From the NCBI GenBank assembly GCA_016189025.1, contig JACPGS010000019.1:16272-80271 (forward strand): 64,000 bases of DNA, written 5' to 3'. The notes beneath the pieces are model-generated. The model did no database searches and had not been told where the DNA came from. It worked only from the letters and a program-made list of their open reading frames with translations. This DNA comes from Candidatus Magasanikiibacteriota bacterium (GTDB taxonomy: Bacteria; Patescibacteriota; Patescibacteriia; Magasanikbacterales; GWA2-37-8). Each line of letters opens with the position of its first letter. Position 1 is the first letter of the stretch. A program made the translations under genes and the position numbers. Shown in pieces: positions 56,201-63,416 of the stretch.

Positions 56201-56222
56201 GTTGAATACTACTGCCCCCTAG
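47238..56222 (+). CDS. Giant secreted multidomain protease/adhesin (2994 aa). Domain order: I9-like propeptide, S8 subtilisin domain, lipoprotein-shared domain, M23 (LytM) peptidase domain, multiple Ig-like/beta domains, 3× [uncharacterised ~190-aa module + CarbopepD_reg], C-terminal FG-GAP/VCBS beta-propeller repeats.
   Basis: S8 triad context: 'AILDSGWSATHPD', 'DDNGHGTLVTGVIAG', 'GTSLASAYISGALG'. M23: 'YTGHDGFDM…' and 'GVHLHFGVY'. FG-GAP: 'DLNKDGNTDVVV', 'DFNGDQFTDIAV', 'DVNNDHISDIIT', 'DMNNDGKIDLVF', 'DFNGDKRLDIVT', 'DFNGDGFLDIAV'. Signal peptide 'LAAISLVSLLSTPALA'. Confidence 0.8.
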   Translation: MRFKTLGNMYKTIFLKWLPAPLAAISLVSLLSTPALALENENVGPLSASSTLEAPVADALATSTFLFGASSTTAVLEPGKQPGSDKTDKAAAEKKQRNFTIPIFDKSLRDKYGDNLTITDDDVFLGSGLISRTASTTPAEAEQAARERQRDYAARRERIKTRQQKKEQSLLAPRFRPDELIIKFKVNVSELERAEVLRGQALKELAIRSVRSRVVLPGEKIILNKQLKFDEMRSLAATLKQDPRVEYAEPNFIARALSVAPNDSDYGQQWALSKIQAPDSWEITTGTPSAVIAILDSGWSATHPDAPARTVAGYDFVGDDSVPDDDNGHGTLVTGVIAGKANNGLGIAGVCWECAIMPVKVVNSVGEATVADVADGIRWAVDHGAKIINISVGSYDYSVYLKEAIDYALARDVLVVAAAGNDKSNFPVYPAALPGVIAVSATTNADQLWASSNYGGYVTLSAPGENIYSTDFNGGYSLTSGTSLASAYISGALGILQSAKPNTTSTPLLQALLAGADDVGFAGKDSYFGVGRLNIMKALQALLGNNLTGGLPEKPAYSEDDIFGDAFYSTISLSEIRNFLSAQAGILKNYQEESQGQILAGADIADIASIDSQLAPINQRILLVLLELKAQVITNSALSPSTLPTIFGVTQQQYLQFLRAIGVSEDKLTPLPTTDRLLIQLTYVAEKLREYLNLGESGVRQIIFKDGTTVDTPTQINAETYALQRLLAEQADSRAQWQQWVSKNGGSFYDLYQRWFGTPLQTLAGKIIEPPAIPFLQKPYRDETYWCGVTSFFDHKYPVYYSQEVARGNFATDTVALFTGNILTAVPTTTGYNSYTGHDGFDMLIRDCNTSGPAAIGKNVLAVADGVVTKATSTNSAGNIVWVEHDADGDGRNDYRTAYYHLKEPSSLHPGVTVSAGVTIIGIAGDTGRSSKGVHLHFGVYKLIYNSNGSFNSAKAIDPYGWWGDYPDPWEVANKYAKSSFLWKSSTEVDDLDPGFTAFNKQSKDTLWNYYPSKLATAGRALYTYAQFQPARHWDNWAFWGADLPTAGKYQVFAYIPSSTLKKEISSAVIYHVYHQGGMTTTTVNQKQWAGQWAPLGEFMFEAGAHAAVRLVDETEDAADQGKVIWADRVKWIPVGDAPAPAPPPPDLQIMNDGSLKFVRYTPGLLSQRYQYYLTATVKNIGGSDTVDAAICFKVKVGAENGQCVGNKKLGAIAASQWQTINLSFTLADDLARYSTSTIVGALTIVPTSVYPAESESGTSNNSVDLSRGLFGDTVGGVDFTLTELSGLQIESGSGDVKFVMKSEQAAAGDAVIDLNNFHSEMAKIFLQALSIPNYKQHISLDIIKISGGYTGQAALAPPFEQTDQADAMLNADLAMKFDLFGKSDLVTYGDIWTNLVSQSPYLAEIQASGFREQPRWIIAATIIPGRITASQTGNTMFFEDIDLDINTGWWVEEPALNLTPYNLSSAAQQDLQQRLAVYKSRLETIVKDYAKNILIPEMNSPDGIADPRYKRLRSVYGAVAAAQWYKEQVRRNPQLPFAALVDSENLAGLELPTPFDRAYWDVQAYQLIAKQPCNWWINTPGECSLTGGADWQQSQPAVTGALSFTEQYIASSTLGSFEAVQGSGINYAFGSAVHDDKNALPDIAFKDAVVTDHNNEKILAGEPVSFVARTTSTNFPASQEYFVKVLDTYSTEDGRTITDETWLLRLTAGIGNSEILSTTGRAFRNIGLHHITFVIDPSNDIPESDETNNTHDLYINVKPNGLILQVRQPAAGATVMLDPDHPLVLRGEAYDAPREVYLSGTSVEWRSDVDGFLGYGPVVIKEALTPGLHTFSFLAFGLYHEAVTTTRLNVQIKPQPGLAVSSSQASVTSSATYDFGKVYIGASSSVSYVLRNNGAADLNFYDTPPVMVSGADAGEFTVVEQPPSVLPPGSAATFTIRFASMATGTKEAAVNIANNDHRVALFTIELRGRAEIAPLIYESGSDGDTNPWFIYPSGTASTLANVVDDDPAHDRVIHLIANTLSTRMVFYAPANNPWQYPSFPVMQWGFKYQNQANFLIMLKTDNLALNNGYQYLSYSTHNTPGWRGNTFYYQLDPALADGSWRTLTRNLQQDVSAFSPNTTILGIQYFSAYGTGSIDNLALLKEGALATVSGKVADAKGNPIIGALISAPPYQLTTVTDSQGNYRLPGLPQGSYTLTPAKFGLDLPAASTTVAASGVDISGLNLSGNFVLYESGDDLDTAPWFVSPAGTASTLANVGDDTSHGRAIALTANDPSTRMVFYAPANNPWTLATHPVLQWEMKYTSDPEFLIYLNTTGGVYYLSYGTNNTPGWRGNKFYFKLDSSLKDGKWHILARDLQTDVALLSSTTTITGIQYFSAYNSGRIDNLQLKPIQPLVAALTGTVRDDAGYPVPDAAVSIAAYPVVVLTDSQGIYKLFGLPYGDYILAVQKSGYYFPTSSISFSGYRQYDISGTALSVVTYEDGSDGDTSPWFISPGGTNSTLANIVDDDPAHDRVISLIANANSTRMVFYAPATNPWVFPTFPILQWDEKYAGDWEALIYLDTSAGARYLSYSPHHASNYVYNNNTARLKVDVALADGAWHTLTRDLQADFNTLFPGVTITGLKYFSVYGTGRVDNLRLLKQLPASRLSFADPVYYGYGSFYQASDLAVGDLNKDGNTDVVVIENFIYSSQGNDVNVFFGNSNGTFQLSRDYASGNAQLRRVALQDFNGDQFTDIAVITHGGQTVYVFLNQGDGTFGNPVGYLLPGWGEGLAAADVNNDHISDIITSSGGTYSILLGNGDGSFQPLLTAYVNSKPYDILAADMNNDGKIDLVFANMNQSTVGILLGNGDGIFGSQAEYITGRYPSALTVGDFNGDKRLDIVTADRATISTLLGNGDGTFQPAQIKIGEFESLIDIDAADFNGDGFLDIAVTDRRCCNDYASRVLVMTGDGQGSFANATEYLVIGSLGALKSDDFNHDNKPDVAALGSSLSILLNTTAP
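53160..55150 (+). repeat. ~2 kb segment (module copies C1-C3), about 88-90% nucleotide-identical to 39225..41225
   Basis: See the paired feature. This is a risk for assembly collapse or chimeras. Confidence 0.75.
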
Positions 56223-56379
56223 ACACCTTCCAGATTACTTTAACTCTAAAAGCGTAAATATCCTCGCTTCGTGCCGGGGATATTTTTTGCGGTAGACTTC
56301 TTGTGCAAATTTTGATAATATTAAGGGGAGGCCTCAACCAGGTTGAATACAGGATATTATCATAATTCAAGGTAAAAAT

Positions 56380-57405
56380 ATGGATTTAACCCAAGCCAAT
56401 TACAATGCCTGGGCAGTAAAGCCGGAAGATTTCCCCAAAAACGGGCCGCTCTCCGAGCAGCTGAAGTTTTTGTTGCGATATGGCATTTTGGCGCCGTCCG
56501 CGCATAATACCCAACCATGGTATTTTGATATCAAGGATAATGTCATAGAGATATACATCAATAAAAAGCGAATACTCGGCGCCTCAGACCCTACCGGTAG
56601 GCAGACGTATGAGAGTATGGGCGCTTGTATAGAAAATTTAGTTATCGCGGCGAATTATTTTAATTTTCACGTACAAGTTAACTATTCTTTTGGCAAAGAA
56701 GACGATGAAAGGAAATTAGTTGCGATAGTGGCTGTTTCACTTTCTACAAGTTCTATCCGGCCACCCCTTGCTTCTTTGCTACCTTTTGTGCCAAAACGTC
56801 ATAGCGCAAAATTAGCATATCATAGGGATCGTTTGAGCGAAGATCAAAAGAAAGGTTTGATGAGCGCAAATGAGTGGCCAGATTTGGAGTTAAAAATTAT
56901 TGATGATTCGTACATAATTGGAAAGATAGCTTATTTGGTTGGTGAGGGGACGCGCCGTGCAATGCAATGGCCGGAGTTCTTAGAAGAACTACGAAACTGG
57001 TTAAAGCCAAATTGGACTAAAGAGTATGAAGGAATGCCCGGTTTTACAGTCGGTATGCCAGGCTTTGTTTCTTGGCTATTTCCAAAATTACTTGGAAAGA
57101 TTGACGTGAGTAGAATGCAAGAGAAAATGATGCAAAAATTAGTTAGAAAAACACCCGCTATTGGAATTATTTCTGTCTACAGTCAAGGGCCAATGGCCTG
57201 GATGAATGCTGGCAGGCTATTCGAGCGTATTTCACTCCTTGTTACTAAAGACGGTTTTGGGACATCTGCAATGGGGGCGCCAGTTGAGTTTAATGATATA
57301 GCCAGAAAATTAAAAATTATACTGCAAATAAGTGGCTGTCCGACTTTGGTTTTTAGAATCGGACGGCCTAAAGTTAATGTTGGGCATAGTCCACGTCATC
57401 TATAA
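56380..57405 (+). CDS. Nitroreductase-family protein (two-lobed, Acg-like; 341 aa)
   Basis: 'LAPSAHNTQPWYF' is the nitroreductase FMN-binding signature. The length suggests tandem nitroreductase-like halves. AT-rich. Confidence 0.6.
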   Translation: MDLTQANYNAWAVKPEDFPKNGPLSEQLKFLLRYGILAPSAHNTQPWYFDIKDNVIEIYINKKRILGASDPTGRQTYESMGACIENLVIAANYFNFHVQVNYSFGKEDDERKLVAIVAVSLSTSSIRPPLASLLPFVPKRHSAKLAYHRDRLSEDQKKGLMSANEWPDLELKIIDDSYIIGKIAYLVGEGTRRAMQWPEFLEELRNWLKPNWTKEYEGMPGFTVGMPGFVSWLFPKLLGKIDVSRMQEKMMQKLVRKTPAIGIISVYSQGPMAWMNAGRLFERISLLVTKDGFGTSAMGAPVEFNDIARKLKIILQISGCPTLVFRIGRPKVNVGHSPRHL

Positions 57406-57459
57406 GACATCACACTCCAAAATCGGACTCACCACTAAATCCGAGCAAGGAGTAATTAA

Positions 57460-57726
57460 ATTTGTTGGTGTTTAATTTGGATCAAGCAGCATCTCTCGAT
57501 TGAATCGTTCTGGGGACAGAGCGCGAATGCTGTCAAGATTCAAATCTGTGTTGCTCTCGCCGCGTACCTGCTGCTGACCGTTCTGAAGAAGCAACAGCGC
57601 AGCATCGATCGCAATTCCTACGAAATTCTACAAATTTTAACTGTGTCGCCATTCGATAAAACCCCCATAGCCAAGCTCGTTTCCGAGTTTCAGCTACCAA
57701 TTCCATGGCCATCTGGCCAGAAATAG
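57460..57726 (+). mobile_element. C-terminal remnant (~88 codons) of an IS4/IS5-superfamily (DDE_Tnp_1-like) transposase gene. Pseudogene fragment.
   Basis: Translation '…SANAVKIQICVALAAYLLLTVLKKQQRSIDRNSYEILQILTVSPFDKTPIAKL…' resembles the conserved C-terminus of IS4/IS5-type transposases (NAVKTQIWIA…LLL…K…SLYEILQ…). There is no start and no upstream part. The frame opens right after a TAA. Confidence 0.5.
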
Positions 57727-57782
57727 GCTCAGTTATTGGAGTTTTAACGAGACACTAGTGACATCAATTTAGAATCAAACTT

Positions 57783-58817
57783 ATGATTTTTAATTATACT
57801 TTGCTTGAAAAGTTACTTTTGCGTTTTAATGTCATTCCACATCCAGTATATGATGCATTAGTAAATGTAATTGCTGGCAGAGCATTACAAGCCAGTTTGA
57901 AACTTGGTCTAGTTGATCTTTTAAGCGAAGGGTATCATGGTTTATCTGAAATTCAGCAGCGCCTGAGTTTTTCTACTGAAGGTATAGAGTTATTAATGAC
58001 CAACTTAGTTGCGCTCGGGTATGTAAAAAAAACTAAAAAAGACATGTATAGTTTATCAAAAAGGGGACAAAGGTTTTTTAATATAGAATCGAAGTATGCA
58101 ATAAGGAATTTTGTATATTTTTCTGAACAAGTTTATAAAGAATTTTTAGATTTAGAACAATCAATAAAAAGTGGCGAAGCGGTAAGAAGCCTGGAAACCT
58201 TAAATCCACAGCAATGGGAGATATTTACTAATGCAATGATTGAAATGGCGAGAACTAATGCAAAAAGTATAGCGCGGGCAATACCCTTGCTTCCTAGTCA
58301 AAAAAGGCTCCTTGATTTGGGCGGGATGCATGGTTTATATGCAATTGAATTTTGCAAATATTTTCCGCAGTTAACTGCGGTAATCGTAGATTATGAAGAC
58401 GTTAGGAAATATGCTGAACGATTGATTGCGCAAAATAATTTGCAGGAGCGTATTATATTTCGCGTAGGTGATTTCGTTAAAGAGAGTTTTGGTAGTGGTT
58501 ATGATATTATTCTTGCGTTCAATATCATCCATGGATTAAAGGCGGATGTAAATAATGATTTGACAAAGAAAGTTTTTTCCGCTTTAAATCCTGCTGGCTT
58601 TTATGTAATTTTAGATCAGATTAAGGATAGTTTCACAATGTCTAATCTCTCACGGTTGTTTGTTTCTTCCATTGGTTTGATGTTGTTAAATAAAGTTGGT
58701 GGGAAAACCTATCCTTTGGAAGAAATAAAGAAATGGTGTAGAGATGCTGCTTTTAGTAAATTAGAATTTAAAAGAATGATGCCGCCAGGTTACGGTATGA
58801 TAATAGCAACAAAATAA
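57783..58817 (+). CDS. Class I SAM-dependent O-methyltransferase (PF00891-like, with an N-terminal winged-helix dimerisation domain)
   Basis: 'LVDLLSEGYHGLSEIQQRLSFSTEGIELLMTNLVALGYVKK' is the dimerisation/wHTH region. 'LLDLGGMHGLYAIEFCKYFPQLTAVIVDYEDV' is SAM motif I. AT-rich. Confidence 0.75.
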   Translation: MIFNYTLLEKLLLRFNVIPHPVYDALVNVIAGRALQASLKLGLVDLLSEGYHGLSEIQQRLSFSTEGIELLMTNLVALGYVKKTKKDMYSLSKRGQRFFNIESKYAIRNFVYFSEQVYKEFLDLEQSIKSGEAVRSLETLNPQQWEIFTNAMIEMARTNAKSIARAIPLLPSQKRLLDLGGMHGLYAIEFCKYFPQLTAVIVDYEDVRKYAERLIAQNNLQERIIFRVGDFVKESFGSGYDIILAFNIIHGLKADVNNDLTKKVFSALNPAGFYVILDQIKDSFTMSNLSRLFVSSIGLMLLNKVGGKTYPLEEIKKWCRDAAFSKLEFKRMMPPGYGMIIATK

Positions 58818-58820
58818 ATT

Positions 58821-60455
58821 TTGATAGTTATGGAAATCTTCCAATTTTTTTCATCGATAAAGACGCTTATATTGATTTTTGCTGTAATGGCGAATATTTT
58901 GTTAGCTATTTTAGTATTGCGTAGCAATATTAAAAGCGCAACGAATATAATTTTTATATTATTCAACTTCACCACCATTGGTTGGTTGATTGCCGCACAC
59001 GCCTACTCGCTTTTGTCTGCCACTTCAGTTTTTGCGTTATTATTAACTCGCCTCAGCCTTTTTTTTGCAGTACCCATGTGTATGTTGTTATTCTTATTTG
59101 CGCATACCTTTCCTTTTAATAAAATTCAATTAAAAAAGACTATTTTTGATTTATTCATTTTTTTTACCATCATTCTAATGTTGCTTATGTTGTCGCCATA
59201 TACGTTTATTGGCGTGGCTGCGGCGCAGAATTCTCCTAAGCCGTTGTTTAGTTTTATTATTCTTTCCTTATTTATATCCTTCATAATCATTTTTAGCATG
59301 CTTACGGTATATACTCTAATAAGAAAGTTTTTAACATTTAAAGGTGTAGAGAGGCGACAGGCTTACATTATTCTTTGGGGGATATTTTTGCTAGTTGGTC
59401 TAATTATTACGACAGTTTCCATCCCAGCCATATTTTTTGGTATTACAAGTTTTGTATTTTTAGTCCCATTATATACTCTCGTTTTCGTAGGTGCCGCTAC
59501 GTATGCAATAGTAAAGCATCATATGTTTAATATTGAAATAATCACTACAGAAATTTTGGTAATATTATTATGGGCCATCCTTTTTTCAAAGATTTTGATT
59601 GTTGGGCAAGTAAAAGGCAAGGCTTCTGACATCGTGATTTTTGTGATGACAATCATATTTGGGATTTTTTTAATAAGAAGTGTAAAGCGGGAAATTATGC
59701 AACGAGAAGAACTGTCCAGTTTAGCAGCCTCACTCCAAGTCGCCAACACCCGTCTTAAAGAACTTGATCAACAAAAAACCGATTTTTTGTCCATTGCCGC
59801 GCATCAGTTGAGGACGCCGTTGTCCATTCTCAATGGCTATTTGGAATTGATGCGGGAGAAAGCATATAAAAAAGAGGAGTTGGCAGAAGTATATTCTAAC
59901 ATGGAGGCGAGCAATCAACGGCTGGTAAAATTGATAGACGAATTTTTGGATATTACCAGAATTGAGCAGGGCCGCACTAAATACGATTTTGTGGAAAAAG
60001 ATATCCGGGAAATTATTGATAGCGTAATAGAAGAATTTACCGAACGGTTGGAGCAAAAGGGGTTAAAGATAACATGGCACCGGCCCCCCGAGGCGTTAAA
60101 GGCCAACTTGGATACGGAAAAGATTCGGCATGTGGTGTTTAATTTTGTTGATAATGCTGCCAAGTATAGCGAGAAAGGCACTATTACCATTGAAACTGCG
60201 GCAGAAGATGATGGTTTGGCAGTGAGAGTAAAAGACCATGGGATAGGTTTTAATAAAACCGATCAAAGCAATCTGTTCCAAAAATTTTATCGCGGTGAAA
60301 ATGTAAAACATATTGATGTCAGCGGTACCGGATTAGGGCTGTATGTATGCAGCAAGTTTATAGAAGGACATAAGGGGAGGATTTGGGGGAAAAGTGAAGG
60401 GTTGGGGAAAGGGAGCGAGTTTGGATTTTGGATTCCTTATGTGACTAATCAATAG
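58821..60455 (+). CDS. Sensor histidine kinase with an N-terminal ~7-TM domain
   Basis: Multiple hydrophobic helices, then HisKA 'LSIAAHQLRTPLSILNGY' and HATPase_c ('DNAAKYS…GTGLGLYVCSKFIE'). Confidence 0.8.
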   Translation: MIVMEIFQFFSSIKTLILIFAVMANILLAILVLRSNIKSATNIIFILFNFTTIGWLIAAHAYSLLSATSVFALLLTRLSLFFAVPMCMLLFLFAHTFPFNKIQLKKTIFDLFIFFTIILMLLMLSPYTFIGVAAAQNSPKPLFSFIILSLFISFIIIFSMLTVYTLIRKFLTFKGVERRQAYIILWGIFLLVGLIITTVSIPAIFFGITSFVFLVPLYTLVFVGAATYAIVKHHMFNIEIITTEILVILLWAILFSKILIVGQVKGKASDIVIFVMTIIFGIFLIRSVKREIMQREELSSLAASLQVANTRLKELDQQKTDFLSIAAHQLRTPLSILNGYLELMREKAYKKEELAEVYSNMEASNQRLVKLIDEFLDITRIEQGRTKYDFVEKDIREIIDSVIEEFTERLEQKGLKITWHRPPEALKANLDTEKIRHVVFNFVDNAAKYSEKGTITIETAAEDDGLAVRVKDHGIGFNKTDQSNLFQKFYRGENVKHIDVSGTGLGLYVCSKFIEGHKGRIWGKSEGLGKGSEFGFWIPYVTNQ

Positions 60456-60460
60456 GGATT

Positions 60461-62053
60461 ATGATTATTATTGATCAACTACGCGCTGTCCTTTGGGGTT
60501 CAGTGACTATACTCAATGGTTGGTTAGTGTATTTTGTTTACAAATCAAACAAGAAGAGTATTACAAGTTGGTTATTTACTATTTTGAGCATATCGCTCCA
60601 ATGGTGGTTATGGTCAATTTTTTTAGCGTTTATTTATTTCGGTCCTTTCTTCCCGCGACTGAGTATGTCTGCTGCAGTATTTATTAATACCAGCACATTT
60701 TTGTTAGCTTATGTATTAGCTTATAAGAAGTTACCTAAAAAAATTGTCCTAATGTGCTTGGTTATCTGGATCATTATAACGGTGCCCTTAACTTTATCTT
60801 CTTATGTTTTTGAGCAAGCAAGTACGAGACCGATAATTAATGCTGTGCCAGGCCCAGCGATTCATGTTTTTGGTATCCCCACACTTATTTTAATTTTTGG
60901 CGCGATCTATGTTCTTATTAAAGCCAGCCTTACAGCCACAGGTTTAAGAAAGAAACAAATCCAACTATTTTTGTACGGGATAATCGGAATGTTTTCCTGT
61001 ATAATTTTTACCATTTTTTTACCAATTGTTTTTTTCCAATATGCTTCCTTTGTTCAAATTGCTCCTCTTTACGTATTTCTTTTTCTCGTTTGTGTTGCCA
61101 TCGCCATCCTCAAATATCAGCTTTTCAATGTAGAAATCCTGGCCATTGAAGGGTTGGCCATTCTCCTCAATGGCGCTCTTTTTATTCAGCTGTTATTTTC
61201 CGAAAGCACCAGCGGAGTAGCGGTGCGTTCTTTAATTCTGGCGACCTCGGCAGTTGTTTCTTATTGGTTTGTAAAGCTTCATAAAAGACAGTTTAAGCAG
61301 CAGGAAGAAATAATGCGCCTGAAGGTATTTGCCGATTTGGACAAGAAAAAAACCGAATTCCTTACCATCGCCGCCCACCAGCTGCGCACGCCGGTTTCCA
61401 TTATCAGCAGTTATACCAGCCTGATTGAGGAAGGCGCCTACGGGCAGGTGAATGCGGAGCTGAAGGAAGTGCTGGACAATATGAGCGACAGCACCAAGTG
61501 GCTGGTGCGCCTGGCCGATGAAATGATGAGCATCGCCCACCTGGAGCAGAACCAGGTCAAGTATCACTTCTCGCAGTTTGATCTGGGCAGTCTGGCCGAC
61601 GGCGTGGCAAAGGAATTAGCTTCTAAAGCCCGAGAGGCTAAAGTTAAATTGGTTTGGCAGCGCCCTGCTAAGCCCAGCCCGGTGCGGGGCGATGCGGAAA
61701 AGCTGCGCGCCTGCATGCTTAATCTGCTGGACAACGCCATTAAGTACGGCAGCCAGGAAGACCGGGCAAGCGCTGTTACCATTACTTTGCAGTCCGCCAA
61801 AGACGGCTATCGTTTTGCGGTGGCGGACCAGGGTTTGGGATTTGCGGAAGCGGACCGGGCGCATTTTTTTGAGAAATTCTCGCGCGGCGACAATGCCCGG
61901 GGCGTCCACGTCAATTACAGCTCCGGCCTGGGCCTCTACATCGTCAAATCATTCGTGGCCGCCCACGACGGGGAAGTGTTTGCCGAAAGCCCGGGCCTGG
62001 GGCAGGGGAGCACGTTCGGGTTTTGGGTGCCGCGGGAGAGAAAAGCGGAATAA
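60461..62053 (+). CDS. Sensor histidine kinase, tandem paralog of the previous gene (7TM + HisKA + HATPase_c)
   Basis: 'LTIAAHQLRTPVSIISSY', 'LLDNAIKYGS' and 'GLGLYIVKSFVAAHDG'. The C-terminal half is markedly more GC-rich than the N-terminal half. Confidence 0.8.
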   Translation: MIIIDQLRAVLWGSVTILNGWLVYFVYKSNKKSITSWLFTILSISLQWWLWSIFLAFIYFGPFFPRLSMSAAVFINTSTFLLAYVLAYKKLPKKIVLMCLVIWIIITVPLTLSSYVFEQASTRPIINAVPGPAIHVFGIPTLILIFGAIYVLIKASLTATGLRKKQIQLFLYGIIGMFSCIIFTIFLPIVFFQYASFVQIAPLYVFLFLVCVAIAILKYQLFNVEILAIEGLAILLNGALFIQLLFSESTSGVAVRSLILATSAVVSYWFVKLHKRQFKQQEEIMRLKVFADLDKKKTEFLTIAAHQLRTPVSIISSYTSLIEEGAYGQVNAELKEVLDNMSDSTKWLVRLADEMMSIAHLEQNQVKYHFSQFDLGSLADGVAKELASKAREAKVKLVWQRPAKPSPVRGDAEKLRACMLNLLDNAIKYGSQEDRASAVTITLQSAKDGYRFAVADQGLGFAEADRAHFFEKFSRGDNARGVHVNYSSGLGLYIVKSFVAAHDGEVFAESPGLGQGSTFGFWVPRERKAE

Positions 62054-62073
62054 GAAATAAGTAGAAATAAACC

Positions 62074-62116
62074 CGACCCTGCAGCAGAGCTGCAGGGTAT
62101 CTGGGCGGGTTTTTTA
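62074..62116 (+). terminator. Rho-independent terminator. A near-identical second hairpin lies at 62163-62190.
   Basis: cccgaccctgcagc-agag-ctgcagggtatctgggcgggtttttt. The second hairpin is accctgcggc-agag-ccgcagggt. Confidence 0.6.
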
Positions 62117-62222
62117 GTAGCGGAGTCGGCTCCGCCGACGGATCTATCTTTAATTGTCCGCTTACCCTGCGGCAGAGCCGCAGGGTATTCGCGGACTTCT
62201 AATAAATAAGGCGGATACCGGT

Positions 62223-63416
62223 ATGCCTGAATCCAAGCAAAATTTTCCTAAAACTATCACAGCCGATTTTGAATACACCTTCAAGGTATCGGCGGACGGT
62301 CTTTATGCTATCACTATCAACGCGCGTTGCCGCTCGATTGCCCAAACCGGCGCCAGCAACGATGAAGATCTTCGGGTGGAAATTGCCGGTCGCCAGTTCC
62401 GCGAATTGCCGCCGATTGATAAAGTTCAGTATTACAACATTCCGCCGGCCTGGAACGGTACGGAGTTAAAAGGTTTAACCAAGACCATAGTTTTTATCCT
62501 GCGACTCGCTGCCGGGGATTGGCGGCTGAAGCTAACCCCGCGGGGAGAGGCGGTAATTGAGCGGCAACCGGCAATTCATTTAATTGCTAACCTGGCAGTG
62601 GTTGAGTTTAAGCCGGATACCCAGGCTGAAGATGGTGATCGTCGGCCGTGGTATACTTTTGTTTTAGTGGGGCTACCGTTGCAGTCTGTTTCTGCTGATG
62701 TCAGCGTAGGCTGGCATTGGTGGGATGGCGATGATGTTAAATTAGTGATTGACGGTGCAATTCAAAAAAATTCAGAATCTCGTTTTCACCGCGGTTGGTT
62801 GTGGTCAGCTAGTTTATGGCAGTTGTTTGGTGACAAACGAGAGCAGAAGCGTATTGAGGTAAATTTGCAGCGAGGCCTCCATTATATTGAATTTGGGGCT
62901 GATCGCACACCAACGCTCCATGCCGTGAGTTTGGATTTAGGCGCTGGCGGAGCAAAGCGAACCCCGACGCGCGAAGATCCAAAGTGGACTGGAAATAATT
63001 TTGCCGATGACAGCGATCAGATGATTTTAGCGCGAATGATTTTCGGTGAGGCCAGGAGCGCTTCCAATAAAGCGAGAGCGGGAGTTGGTTGGACAGCGCG
63101 GAATCGTCTTACCATTGGTGGTTGGCGTGGCAGAATATATCGCGAAGTAATTTTGAAAAATTCGCAGTATAGCGCTTTTAATCAAGGCGACCCTAACCGG
63201 TTATTGGTGGAAGATCCTTTGCGCGCTGAAAATCTAATAGACAAACAAGCTTGGCTTGATTGTTATGACCTTGCCGGGCAAATAATTGCTGGTGAGGTTG
63301 ACGATCCAACCAATGGCGCGACTAATTATTATGACCAAAGCATTACGGCGCCCTCTTGGGCGACTAAAGAGAATTTTATTATCAAGATTGATACGATTTT
63401 TTTTCATCGGTTATGA
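62223..63416 (+). CDS. Protein with a C-terminal SleB-like cell-wall hydrolase domain (Hydrolase_2). The ORF is open from 62154.
   Basis: 'MILARMIFGEARSASNKARAGVGWTARNRL…NSQYSAFNQGDPN' matches the SleB/CwlJ-type domain (…EA…gq.aVa.Vi.NR…QFs…). Confidence 0.55.
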   Translation: MPESKQNFPKTITADFEYTFKVSADGLYAITINARCRSIAQTGASNDEDLRVEIAGRQFRELPPIDKVQYYNIPPAWNGTELKGLTKTIVFILRLAAGDWRLKLTPRGEAVIERQPAIHLIANLAVVEFKPDTQAEDGDRRPWYTFVLVGLPLQSVSADVSVGWHWWDGDDVKLVIDGAIQKNSESRFHRGWLWSASLWQLFGDKREQKRIEVNLQRGLHYIEFGADRTPTLHAVSLDLGAGGAKRTPTREDPKWTGNNFADDSDQMILARMIFGEARSASNKARAGVGWTARNRLTIGGWRGRIYREVILKNSQYSAFNQGDPNRLLVEDPLRAENLIDKQAWLDCYDLAGQIIAGEVDDPTNGATNYYDQSITAPSWATKENFIIKIDTIFFHRL

